Source: Candidatus Uhrbacteria bacterium (lineage in GTDB: Bacteria; Patescibacteriota; Patescibacteriia; UBA9934; GWF2-40-263). From it: a stretch of DNA of 64,000 bases. The stretch spans positions 145,887-209,886 of the forward strand of contig JAHFIQ010000001.1 of NCBI GenBank assembly GCA_023246355.1, written 5' to 3'. The notes under the pieces are model-generated. The model was given only the letters and a program-made list of their open reading frames with translations. It had not been told where the DNA came from and searched no databases. Of the stretch, positions 48,731 through 57,536 are shown one piece after another (positions within the stretch are counted from its first letter, which is position 1; each line of letters begins with the position of its first letter). Both the position numbers and the translations under genes were made by a program.

Positions 48731-50635
48731 ATGTCCCCTTCTCCACAACAACCACAACGACCTCACCCAGGCCCGCGTGGAGGTAAGCCCAAACATCGCG
48801 GGCGTATTTTCCGATCGCAAAAACCGCGTACGGATCATCCAGCTGCCTCCCATCGACCAGCTCCAGCCTCTCATGCTCCGTTCTCTCTTACGCAAAACAC
48901 ACCAGCAAGTAGCTCCCACCACTCAGCCGAACAGACGCCGCACGCTCCACAGGTCCAAACCTTCTCATCTCCTACTGGGGACACCCTGCGCATCATGGTC
49001 CTGGGAGGCTGTGAGGAAGTCGGTCGCAACTGCACACTGATCGAATACAAAAACGACATCATCTTGATCGACATGGGTTTGCAATTCCCTGAAGAAAACA
49101 TGCCTGGGATTGACTACATCATTCCCAACATGAGCTATCTGAAGGGCAAAGAAAAAAATGTCCGAGGGCTCATCATCACCCACGGCCACTACGACCACAT
49201 CGGCGCGATTCCCCACACCATTCCCCATATCGGGAACCCTCCGATCTACGCGCTGCCCATGTCAGCGGCCATCATCAAACGTCGCCAAGAAGACTTCCAC
49301 ACGCGACCACTCAACATCAAAATCACCAAGGCCAGTGATGTCTTGCGATTGGGAGCGCTGACCGTATCCTTCTTCCACATCAACCACTCGATCCCTGATG
49401 CCGTTGGCATTGTCATTGACACTCCGGTTGGGCGCGTCTGCCACACCGGCGATTGGAAATTTGATTTCCATCCTGTGGGTACAGCGCACGCCGACTTCCA
49501 ACACATTGCCACCCTTGGTAAAGAAGGCGTGTTGGTGCTCATGGGAGATTCCACCAACGCCAACCATCCAGGACAACAGGTGTCTGAAAAAGTCATCGGC
49601 GAAGAACTAGATCTGATCATTGAAAAAGCACCTGGACGTCTCATTGTTGGAACCTTTGCCTCGCTGCTCTCTCGCGTCAAACAACTGATCGAGTCCTCTG
49701 AACGTCATGGCAAAAAAGTCGCCATCGATGGCTACTCCATGAAAACCAACGTGGAGATCGCCAAGGTGATGGGATTTATCAAATGCAATCAGTCCACGCT
49801 CATTAAACCCGAACAGATGGATGCCTACGATGACAACAAAGTCGTTCTCATCTGTACGGGCGCCCAGGGCGAAAAAAATGCAGCGCTCAATCGTATCGCC
49901 AACAACGAACACCGCAGCGTGCAAATCCGAGAATCTGACACGATCATTTTTTCCTCATCCGTCATTCCGGGAAATGAAAACTCCGTGCAACGTCTCATGG
50001 ACACGCTCTACCGCAAAGGAGCCAACGTCATCAACTACAAAATGATGGACGTGCACGCTGGAGGCCACGCCAAAAAAGAAGACATCAAGCTCATGCTGGC
50101 TTTGTTCAAACCCAAGTACTACGTGCCCATCGAAGGCAACCACTTCTTGCTGCGAGAGAACGCCAAGGTCGCCTATTCCATGGGATGGCAAAAAGAAAAC
50201 GTGTTCATTGTGGACAACGGACAGATCATGGAATTTCAAAAAGGCCATGGCGTGCTGCGCAAAGAAAAAGTCCCGACCGATTACGTGTTCGTAGACGGCT
50301 TGGGTGTGGGTGATGTTTCACAAGTCGTCCTGCGTGATCGCCAAGTGCTGGCTGAGGACGGTATGGTGATCGTCATCGTGCAGATCGAAAAGCGCACAGG
50401 CAAACTCATCGGCAACCCTGATATCGTCAGTCGTGGATTCATCTTCATGAAAGACCAACAGGAGTTGATTCGCCTCACACGCGAAGAAGTGAAGAAGGCT
50501 CTGATCGACAACGATCCAAAATCTTCTGCGGATCCCAAGTACACGCGCGAGCGCATCCGTGACGAAGTCGGAAAATTCCTCTTCAAAAAAACCGAACGCC
50601 GCCCAATGATTCTACCGGTGGTGATGGAAGTGTAA
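48731..50635 (+). CDS. rnj: Ribonuclease J
   Basis: LGGCEEVGRNC, THGHYDHIG, HSIPD, HTGDWK, GAQGE, HAGGH, RRPMILPVVMEV; disordered N-terminal extension. Confidence 0.95.
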   Translation: MSPSPQQPQRPHPGPRGGKPKHRGRIFRSQKPRTDHPAASHRPAPASHAPFSLTQNTPASSSHHSAEQTPHAPQVQTFSSPTGDTLRIMVLGGCEEVGRNCTLIEYKNDIILIDMGLQFPEENMPGIDYIIPNMSYLKGKEKNVRGLIITHGHYDHIGAIPHTIPHIGNPPIYALPMSAAIIKRRQEDFHTRPLNIKITKASDVLRLGALTVSFFHINHSIPDAVGIVIDTPVGRVCHTGDWKFDFHPVGTAHADFQHIATLGKEGVLVLMGDSTNANHPGQQVSEKVIGEELDLIIEKAPGRLIVGTFASLLSRVKQLIESSERHGKKVAIDGYSMKTNVEIAKVMGFIKCNQSTLIKPEQMDAYDDNKVVLICTGAQGEKNAALNRIANNEHRSVQIRESDTIIFSSSVIPGNENSVQRLMDTLYRKGANVINYKMMDVHAGGHAKKEDIKLMLALFKPKYYVPIEGNHFLLRENAKVAYSMGWQKENVFIVDNGQIMEFQKGHGVLRKEKVPTDYVFVDGLGVGDVSQVVLRDRQVLAEDGMVIVIVQIEKRTGKLIGNPDIVSRGFIFMKDQQELIRLTREEVKKALIDNDPKSSADPKYTRERIRDEVGKFLFKKTERRPMILPVVMEV

Positions 50636-50639
50636 GCAA

Positions 50640-50674
50640 ACAAAAAACCGCTCAGCGTTTGAGTGGTTTTTTGT
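50640..50674 (+). terminator. Intrinsic terminator after rnj
   Basis: ACAAAAAACCGCTCA-GCGTT-TGAGTGGTTTTTTGT. Confidence 0.8.
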
Positions 50675-50711
50675 TAGTCGTAACAGGTAAAGATCTCCTA
50701 AAACGATAAAT

Positions 50712-50741
50712 GAAAACGTCCGGGTCTCCCAGACCGGACGT
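50712..50741 (-). terminator. Hairpin downstream of DGR-like target A
   Basis: Minus strand ACGTCCGG-TCTGGGAGAC-CCGGACGT-TTTC. Confidence 0.65.
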
Positions 50742-50794
50742 GAAGGAAGAAGGTTGAGGCTCAACGAAGGTTGAACTATGAGGACTAAGTGTCG

Positions 50795-51505
50795 CTACTT
50801 CCGGCGAAGACGCAGGGCCCCGTAACCCGGGTCGGCGCTGTCAGAGCTCCCGCTGAGGTGGATCTCCACCTGACCCCTCCACACCCCGAGGTAGGCACAG
50901 CGCACGCGGCGGGCACGGTTCACCGTCCTGGGGAGATCGATGACGTGCTCGTTCTCCACCACGATCGTTGGGTGATGGGCGTAGGCGAAGACGCCTTCGA
51001 GGGCCGTACCGGCCAGGACGTCGCCGACGAGCTCGCCTCGGCAGTGGTCAGGACGGCGACCGCGGTTCTTGCGTCCGTCGTCGTGGCGGAACCAGAACGG
51101 CTCGGTGGGGAGCGGGAAGCGGTAGTCGAAGGGCTTGACTGAGTCCTCGGCGTAGCCAAACTCCTGAAACTGAATGCCCAGCATCTTGCAGGAGCGCAGC
51201 AGTCCCGGTCGCGGGTCGCACAGGGAAAGGAGCGGCAGCTCGGAGTCCTCGGCGACCAACCCTTCCGGAATCTTGGGGATCCCGGCCAGGTACGCCTTGA
51301 AGTTCTTGGCGCCGACCCTCGGATCACGGCCGAAGCCACGATCCCAAAACCGCTTGGCCATGGCCACACGCGGGTCGGTCATCTTGCCGGCGACTCCGCC
51401 GGAGGTGATCTGACGAATGAAGGACTGGAACTCGTCGTGGAGACCCGGTCCATTCTCGTCGAGCTCCAAGAAGTGCCGGAGCTGTTTGGTATTGATGTGT
51501 CCCAT
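50795..51505 (-). CDS. Putative DGR target protein A (C-terminal variable region)
   Basis: GGAGG SD; paralog of 56711-57418; 3' 46 sense codons show adenine-biased, purely non-synonymous divergence. Confidence 0.8.
   Translation of the reverse strand: MGHINTKQLRHFLELDENGPGLHDEFQSFIRQITSGGVAGKMTDPRVAMAKRFWDRGFGRDPRVGAKNFKAYLAGIPKIPEGLVAEDSELPLLSLCDPRPGLLRSCKMLGIQFQEFGYAEDSVKPFDYRFPLPTEPFWFRHDDGRKNRGRRPDHCRGELVGDVLAGTALEGVFAYAHHPTIVVENEHVIDLPRTVNRARRVRCAYLGVWRGQVEIHLSGSSDSADPGYGALRLRRK
50798..50935 (-). repeat. Putative variable repeat VR-A
   Basis: 113/138 identical to 56714-56851; 23 of 25 mismatches have A in one copy; invariant 3' end CTGCGTCTTCGCCGGAAG. Confidence 0.8.
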
Positions 51506-51576
51506 TCTATCCTCCGTCCAAGGTCATCCATCGTGGCACCAAAAGGCGGCACGATCGGTTAGACTCTGGGCAGAAT

Positions 51577-51671
51577 GCACGGTGCCGCCGTGCCGGTGTG
51601 TGTGCAAAACCGGAGGATTCCGGCTCTGCAAACGACTGGAGAATATACACCCGTTTGGCGGAAAAGTCAAG
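51577..51671 (-). promoter_or_regulatory. Shared promoter plus structured 5' leader, copy A
   Basis: TTGACT-17-TATATT then two hairpins; 90/95 identical to 60933-61027. Confidence 0.85.
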
Positions 51672-51693
51672 AATTCGATATACTGCGCCCTGT

Positions 51694-52686
51694 ATGAGCC
51701 GCATCCTCACCGCCCTCCAGCCTTCCGGCATCCTCCACATCGGCAACTACTTTGGCGCCATTGAGCCCATGGTAAGTCTTCAGTCTGCAGGAAATCAAAA
51801 TCTCTTGTTCATGGTCGACTACCATGCGATCACCGTAGAGCAGGATCCACACACGCTTCGACAAAACATCTTATTTGCGGCTGCGACCTATCTCGCCTCT
51901 GGCATTGATCCTGAAAAGACCATCCTCTTTCAACAGTCACGTGTTTCTGAACATACAGAACTGGCTTGGATTTTGAATTGCTTGGTACGGATGGGCGAGC
52001 TGGAGCGGATGACCCAATACAAAGATAAAGCGCTTGGCAAAGGTCAATCTGTTTCGGTCGGGCTATTCGACTACCCTGTCCTCATGGCCGCGGACATTTT
52101 GCTGTATGACACGAATATCGTGCCTGTGGGGGAAGATCAAAAACAGCATGTGGAACTCGCGCGCGACCTGGCTGAACGCTTCAACAAAAAATTTGGAGAA
52201 ACGTTTGTCGTACCCAAACCGCAGATCCGCAAAGAAGGCGCACGTCTCATGGCGCTCGATGATCCACACAAAAAAATGTCAAAGTCAGCCACGAGTGAAA
52301 AAAACTACCTCTCCCTCATGGACGATGAAAAAACCGTTTTGAAAAAAATCAAAGCAGCGGTCACAGATTCAGAAGGGACGATCCGTCTGAGTCCGTCCCG
52401 ACCAGGGATCGGGAATCTCATCACCATTCTGTCCCTCATCACAAAAAAAACGCCCAAAGAAATCGAAAACGCCTACGAAGGAAAAGGCTATGGCGATTTC
52501 AAAACGGACCTTGCACGCGAGCTTACCGCGTTTCTGACACCCCTCCAGTCAAAGATCAACGCCTTGCTCAAAGATCCCTCTGGGCTCCTGAAGATTCTAG
52601 ACAACGGCGCCTCACGTGCCAAAGCCATGGCAGAAAAAAAGATGATCGACGTCCGTCAAAAAATCGGCGTGACGCTCTCGTCATAA
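51694..52686 (+). CDS. trpS: Tryptophan--tRNA ligase
   Basis: QPSGILHIGNYFGA, YPVLMAADILLY, VPVGEDQKQH, KMSKS. Confidence 0.97.
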   Translation: MSRILTALQPSGILHIGNYFGAIEPMVSLQSAGNQNLLFMVDYHAITVEQDPHTLRQNILFAAATYLASGIDPEKTILFQQSRVSEHTELAWILNCLVRMGELERMTQYKDKALGKGQSVSVGLFDYPVLMAADILLYDTNIVPVGEDQKQHVELARDLAERFNKKFGETFVVPKPQIRKEGARLMALDDPHKKMSKSATSEKNYLSLMDDEKTVLKKIKAAVTDSEGTIRLSPSRPGIGNLITILSLITKKTPKEIENAYEGKGYGDFKTDLARELTAFLTPLQSKINALLKDPSGLLKILDNGASRAKAMAEKKMIDVRQKIGVTLSS

Positions 52687-52714
52687 ACCAGCCAACCGGC
52701 TGGTGTTTCGATGC

Positions 52715-52740
52715 CAAATCAAAACGCCCCTTGAGTGAGG
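52715..52740. repeat. 26-bp direct repeat, left of the toxin-antitoxin module
   Basis: CAAATCAAAACGCCCCTTGAGTGAGG, identical at 53446-53471. Confidence 0.88.
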
Positions 52741-52743
52741 CGG

Positions 52744-53148
52744 TTACATGCCTAAGAGTTCAAGAAATTCGGATGGATCTGTTATCCGAGTGCCTTTCCA
52801 TTTCTTCAGTGGAAGCAGATGCTTTTTATCGCCTGTCACAAGAACATCAGCATCCGTCGCCTCAGCACAAGCCAGGATCTGATTATCAGCCTTACACGCT
52901 TTAATCTTCTTTGGAATCGTTGTAGGAGTCACGATGGTAGCTTGTTGACGCAGCAATTCCTGAACTCTGTATCTTTGCGATGCAGGCCATTGAAATTTTT
53001 TCTTAAGTACCTCGTCAACTTCTTCCAAAATAAACGGTGAAAGAATGAGTTCCAGTTCAAACACACGAATAAGGTCCAAAACTTTTTGTGGTGTTCCCCC
53101 AAACATCAATGCGGAGATAATCACATTCGTATCCAGGACAACTCGCAT
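52744..53148 (-). CDS. PIN-domain toxin (VapC-like)
   Basis: VVLDTNVIISA, D..ILACA, LVTGDKKHLL. Confidence 0.9.
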   Translation of the reverse strand: MRVVLDTNVIISALMFGGTPQKVLDLIRVFELELILSPFILEEVDEVLKKKFQWPASQRYRVQELLRQQATIVTPTTIPKKIKACKADNQILACAEATDADVLVTGDKKHLLPLKKWKGTRITDPSEFLELLGM

Positions 53149-53150
53149 AC

Positions 53151-53387
53151 CTACGATGTACGCACTTCGTCAATAAGACGTTCAACATCCTGGCTCTTTA
53201 ATCCCAATCGCTGAGATTGTCGTTGACCAAACTGATACAGCTCGCGCCACTGTTGTTCTGTTAAATAAAATTGGAACGCCTTGCGTAGGAGCTCAGATCG
53301 AGTGAGTGACTCGCGCTTGGCTTGTGAGGTAATTTTTCTCACAAACGTTTGAGGAAGAGAAATCGTCGTAGGAATCGTTAGGCGCAT
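53151..53387 (-). CDS. Ribbon-helix-helix/CopG antitoxin
   Basis: TISLP...AKRESLTRSELLRKA; directly upstream of the PIN gene. Confidence 0.85.
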   Translation of the reverse strand: MRLTIPTTISLPQTFVRKITSQAKRESLTRSELLRKAFQFYLTEQQWRELYQFGQRQSQRLGLKSQDVERLIDEVRTS

Positions 53388-53445
53388 AAAGTTGAGTATT
53401 ACTTAATCACACTCAGATGATATCGGTGGCAGACAACATCGTCAA

Positions 53446-53475
53446 CAAATCAAAACGCCCCTTGAGTGAGGGGCG
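53446..53475 (-). terminator. Terminator of 53480-54664; also the right copy of the 26-bp direct repeat
   Basis: Minus strand CGCCCCT-CACTCA-AGGGGCG-TTTTGATTTG. Confidence 0.75.
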
Positions 53476-53479
53476 GCGT

Positions 53480-54664
53480 CTAGAGAGCAGTTGTTGAGAA
53501 GTCGAGCCCGGTGGCAATCGAGTACATCGCCTTGTGCGATGAACCAACGGGATACTGGTGGAACTCGCTCTCGCTCTTGGGTTCATGGTCGAATGTCTTG
53601 GTTCCTTTCTCGTCCACCAACACGACCTTGTAGGTAGCCGCGCGACCAGACTCGCGCTCCTTTTCGCCCGCACCGACTCGGCAGTTGAGACAGAGCTCCT
53701 CGCTATCGGGCCAGGATGTTTCGGTGGTTGTTCCTTGGTGAGGAACCTGGCGTTCAGGCTTCCAACGCCAGACGCTCCAGGAGTAGTAGTCCTCGTAGCG
53801 CGGATCATCGCGGTAGACGGGAACGTCCCTGGTTCGTGGGTCATCGCGATACTTGGTCGTACATTTCTCACCCCCACCTGTGCACACCTCATCGCCACCT
53901 GTACAGGTCGCCGTGCCATTGTCGTTGGGGGTGCAGGTCCGCTGGGTCGTGTGACAACTCCGCTCAACGGCCACGCAGTTTTCACCGTCTTCAACTTGCA
54001 CGGTGTAGTGCTCGACCTCGTTGTGATCGAACACCTTGACGGTGTGATGCACGCGGCTTCCCAGATCTTTGACGTTCTGTGCATCCGACGGACGCGATTC
54101 GTCAAACCCTTCCTCAGCGACCTGCTTGTAACGCTCGACGCTGACGGTCTGTGTCCAAGCAACACTCGTGACCGTGACATCAACCGGCCGCTTGGTAAAC
54201 AGGGCCCAGAGAAGTCCTCCACACAGGGCAGCGACCACCAGAGCGCAGCCGATGAACCTGTAGACCAAGTTGTCACGAGAGGGCGCGGGAGGATCCCCGT
54301 AGCGAGCCCACTGGGAAATCGGTGGTCGATCATCATATTCTGAGCCTGCTTGCTGCCCTCGTCCTGAAACTCGCTCAGCCTGTTCTTCACTCCTGGCGCC
54401 TGCACAGTTGCGGCAAGCGCCATCGGCATTGCGCTGGGTTCCGCCGCAGTACTCACAGGACCAGTTGGGACCATCTTGCGCCTGGCGAAGCTCAGCAGCA
54501 TCCGTGATCCGCCTTTCGTGAGACACGTCCCCTGGCATGTACCAGGGAGCCGACGTGGTGTCATGCGTTGCGCCGCAGGAAGGACAGTTGTCCTTCAGCC
54601 CTCCAATTCCCTTGGTTGAACACCTGGGACAATCCCAGAGCATTTCGATTTGGTCTGTTGGCAT
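53480..54664 (-). CDS. Hypothetical protein: two N-terminal Zn ribbons, one TM, Cys-containing C-domain
   Basis: WDCPRC/CPSCG, WSCEYC/CRNC, hydrophobic helix; GGAG SD. Confidence 0.8.
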   Translation of the reverse strand: MPTDQIEMLWDCPRCSTKGIGGLKDNCPSCGATHDTTSAPWYMPGDVSHERRITDAAELRQAQDGPNWSCEYCGGTQRNADGACRNCAGARSEEQAERVSGRGQQAGSEYDDRPPISQWARYGDPPAPSRDNLVYRFIGCALVVAALCGGLLWALFTKRPVDVTVTSVAWTQTVSVERYKQVAEEGFDESRPSDAQNVKDLGSRVHHTVKVFDHNEVEHYTVQVEDGENCVAVERSCHTTQRTCTPNDNGTATCTGGDEVCTGGGEKCTTKYRDDPRTRDVPVYRDDPRYEDYYSWSVWRWKPERQVPHQGTTTETSWPDSEELCLNCRVGAGEKERESGRAATYKVVLVDEKGTKTFDHEPKSESEFHQYPVGSSHKAMYSIATGLDFSTTAL

Positions 54665-54746
54665 TCTTGCTCCAGGCCATATCTTCTACACGCTTTTTCA
54701 ATTCCTGTCAACCAAAAACACCCGCGCGGGGCGAGTGTCTGTGGTG

Positions 54747-55195
54747 TCCAAGGATCTGTCTGTAAGCCGAATTTTGTCTTCCCTGATTGCTCAGAGGAGA
54801 TGGCAATCTATCTAGGCCTGATGTTGCCACCAGGCTCAAGCGAACGACCAAATTTGTTCTTTCACCAGAACCCGCCGCCGCGAGAGGCTTTGGCGGGCGT
54901 GGAGGGTTTGCCACAATCCATGTCACCATGGAGCGAGAAGCGTAGCTGATTGCTCAACACCACTTCACTTTTCACCTTTCACTCCGACGGACGTCGGAGC
55001 TAGTATTGTCTCTGTGGTACTTTCCCTAGGCTTTGATTCAGGAATCATGGAACAGATTTCTCCAATTCCGCGAGCCCCAATTCTTATACCTGGTCGCCGT
55101 TAGCGACTCTCTTTGTTGTCATACCTTGCGGCACAACAGGTGTTCGGACTTTCCTCATGTTCTTTCAAACACGTAGCCATCCGACAGTCCTTGGA
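54747..55195 (-). ncRNA. rnpB: RNase P RNA
   Basis: P1 TCCAAGGA-CTGTC / GACAG-A-TCCTTGGA; GAGGAAAGTCC, AGTACCACAGAGA, GGTGAAA, GGCAAACCC, AGATAGAT, ACAAAATTCGGCTTA. Confidence 0.93.
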
Positions 55196-55256
55196 CCCAC
55201 AAAAGATACCAGAACGTCTAGTCGATGTCAAGCCATTTTGATAGACTACAGCAAGT

Positions 55257-56669
55257 ATGAAACGATCCGAACTTGCTTTTACACTGGCGCTTGTCCCGTT
55301 TGATTTCTTCGCGCTGACGGCTGCTGCCACGGCAGCGTTCTTCGCGCGTTATCATCCAGCCTTCACACAAATCCGTCCGGTCATTTTTGATTTGAACCTC
55401 GACAGCTATTTCACAGTCGTCACACCCATTACGCTTCTGTTCATCCTCATTTTTGCTATCACGGGTCTGTACAGCACAAGACGTTCCTCGGTGGGCCGGG
55501 AACTCTCACGTATTGCTCTTGCATGCTCGGCAGCCATGGCCTTGGTGTTTGCCATTTCCTTTTTTTCTCGTGTCCTGTTTGAATCACGTTTCATCGCGCT
55601 GGCCGCCTGGATCCTGGCAATACTGTTTGTGTGTCTCACCCGTCTCACGGTTCGCGGGCTCCAACGATCGCTTCTTCATGTTGGGATCGGAACGCATCGT
55701 GTCGTGGTGATCGGAGACACGACCGTGGCTCGAGCGCTCATGGAAGAATTCAAACACAAACGTCGTTTGGGATTTCGCCTGGTCGGACACTTCAACACCT
55801 TTAACAAAAACGTCGCCACCCATCTACGTGACATGAAGCGCCGCGATCAGTTGGATGAAATCATCTTGGCCGACCCTGAAGCCACACGCCGTGAAACCCT
55901 TGAGCTCATCGCGTTCACCGAACAAGAACATCTGGTCTTCCGCTACTCGGCCGATCTTTTCACCGCGGCTGTGGGACGCTCGATCATTCACATGTATGCC
56001 GGTGTCCCAATCATAGAAGTCCAAAAAACACCCCTGGACGGCTGGGGGGCGATTTACAAGCGACTCTTTGATGTGGCAGGCGCATCTGTTTTGATCCTCT
56101 TGAGCTCCCCGATCATGCTTGTCACGGCCATTGCCATCAAACTCGACTCACGCGGACCTGTATTTTTTTCAAAACTAGATGACGGCTCACCAGTTGAACG
56201 CATGGGGCAGGGCGGCCGACCATTTCGCTATCTCAAATTTCGCTCCATGCGACCTGGCACACACTCAATGCGCTACGAGGAGTTAGCGGCACACGACACA
56301 CGCAAAGGTTCTCCACTTGTGAAAATCAAAAATGATCCACGCATCACCCGCGTCGGATCCTTCATTCGCACATGTTCGATCGATGAGCTCCCAGAATTTT
56401 TCTTGGTGCTCACGGGTCACATGAGTCTAGTCGGTCCTCGTCCGCATCTTCCTGAAGAAGTCGATCGCTACAAACCTGAACAGCGAAAAGTCATGACCGT
56501 CAAACCCGGCATTACGGGCATGGCGCAAATCTCCGGCCGCGCGGATTTGGATTTCGATTCTGAAGTGCGACTGGACACGTACTACATTGAACACTGGAGT
56601 CCTTGGCTTGATTTGTACATCTTATTGAGGACCCCGTTGGTGGTCCTGTTGGGCAGAGGGGCTTCATAG
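55257..56669 (+). CDS. Priming polyprenyl-phosphate sugar phosphotransferase
   Basis: KRLFD, KFRSM, DPRITRVG, IDELPE, SLVGPRP, KPGITGMAQISGR. Confidence 0.93.
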   Translation: MKRSELAFTLALVPFDFFALTAAATAAFFARYHPAFTQIRPVIFDLNLDSYFTVVTPITLLFILIFAITGLYSTRRSSVGRELSRIALACSAAMALVFAISFFSRVLFESRFIALAAWILAILFVCLTRLTVRGLQRSLLHVGIGTHRVVVIGDTTVARALMEEFKHKRRLGFRLVGHFNTFNKNVATHLRDMKRRDQLDEIILADPEATRRETLELIAFTEQEHLVFRYSADLFTAAVGRSIIHMYAGVPIIEVQKTPLDGWGAIYKRLFDVAGASVLILLSSPIMLVTAIAIKLDSRGPVFFSKLDDGSPVERMGQGGRPFRYLKFRSMRPGTHSMRYEELAAHDTRKGSPLVKIKNDPRITRVGSFIRTCSIDELPEFFLVLTGHMSLVGPRPHLPEEVDRYKPEQRKVMTVKPGITGMAQISGRADLDFDSEVRLDTYYIEHWSPWLDLYILLRTPLVVLLGRGAS

Positions 56670-56710
56670 AAAAAGAAAAGCGGCCACCATTACTGGGGCC
56701 GCCGTTTTTT
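56670..56710. terminator. Bidirectional terminator/hairpin directly after target B
   Basis: AAAAGCGGCCACCA-TTAC-TGGGGCCGCCGTTTTTT. Confidence 0.7.
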
Positions 56711-57418
56711 TCACTTCCGGCGAAGACGCAGGGTCCCGCAACCCGGGCTGGCGATGTCAGATTCCCTGTAGAGACTGATCCTCACCTGACCCCTCCACAC
56801 CTCGAGGAAGGCACAGTTCATGCGGCTGTCACGGAGCACCGTCCTGGGGAGGTCGATGGAGTGCTCGTTCTCCACCACGATCGTTGGGTGAAGGGCGTAG
56901 GCGAAGACGCCTTCGAGAGCCGTACCGGCCAGGACGTCGCCGACCAGTTCGTCCCGGCAGTCGTCGGGACGGCGCTTGTGGTTCTTGCGTCCGTCGTCGT
57001 GGCGGAACCAGAAGGGCTCGGCGGGGAGCGGGAAGTTCTGGTTGAAGGGCTCGGCCGATTCCTCACTGAAGCCCAGCTCCTCGAACTGGATGCCAAGCAT
57101 CTTGCAGGAGCGCAGCAATCCCGGCCGCGGGTCGGCAAGGGAGACGAACTCCAACTCGTCATCAACAACGAGGGAGCCGGGAACCTCTGGGATACCTTCC
57201 CAGTAGGCTCTGAAGTTCTTCGACTGCACGTTTGGATCACGGCCGAAGCCCAGAGTCCACAGAGACAGAGCCTGCATCACCCGCAGGCTCACGGGATCTG
57301 CCTCCAGGCCGCGAATGAACTCGTCTACTTGTTCCCCAATCCCGGAAAGGCTCACTCGCCTTCGGGCATCCTGAATCCGAGCCAACTTGACCAAATGCTC
57401 TGCATCAAACAGTGACAT
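56711..57418 (-). CDS. Putative DGR target protein B (paralog of A, divergent N-terminus)
   Basis: AGGAG SD; shares DPRPGLLRSCKMLG...FWFRHDDGRKN...LRLRRK with A. Confidence 0.8.
   Translation of the reverse strand: MSLFDAEHLVKLARIQDARRRVSLSGIGEQVDEFIRGLEADPVSLRVMQALSLWTLGFGRDPNVQSKNFRAYWEGIPEVPGSLVVDDELEFVSLADPRPGLLRSCKMLGIQFEELGFSEESAEPFNQNFPLPAEPFWFRHDDGRKNHKRRPDDCRDELVGDVLAGTALEGVFAYALHPTIVVENEHSIDLPRTVLRDSRMNCAFLEVWRGQVRISLYRESDIASPGCGTLRLRRK
56714..56851 (-). repeat. Putative variable repeat VR-B
   Basis: See VR-A alignment. Confidence 0.8.
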
Positions 57419-57485
57419 GACATTCTCCTATCGGACTTTGATGAGGCCAAGGGGCCTCGCACCACGTGCCGAGAACGGGGGGTGG

Positions 57486-57519
57486 AGTATCGTCCCGTTT
57501 GGCGGAAAAGTCAAGAATT
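57486..57519 (-). promoter_or_regulatory. Shared promoter core, copy B
   Basis: 57494-57519 identical to 51650-51675 (26 bp); TTGACT-17-GATACT. Confidence 0.75.
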
Positions 57520-57536
57520 GATAGGATGCCGGGGCT

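Noticed and set aside
51577-51640. Known riboswitch (e.g. c-di-GMP) in the shared leader
   Set aside because: Two hairpins are present but I see no recognisable aptamer consensus; needs an Rfam scan.
53413-54564. Alternative long ORFs 53413-54564 (-) and 53558-54343 (+)
   Set aside because: Shadow frames of the GC-rich gene 53480-54664, which has the SD, motifs and terminator.
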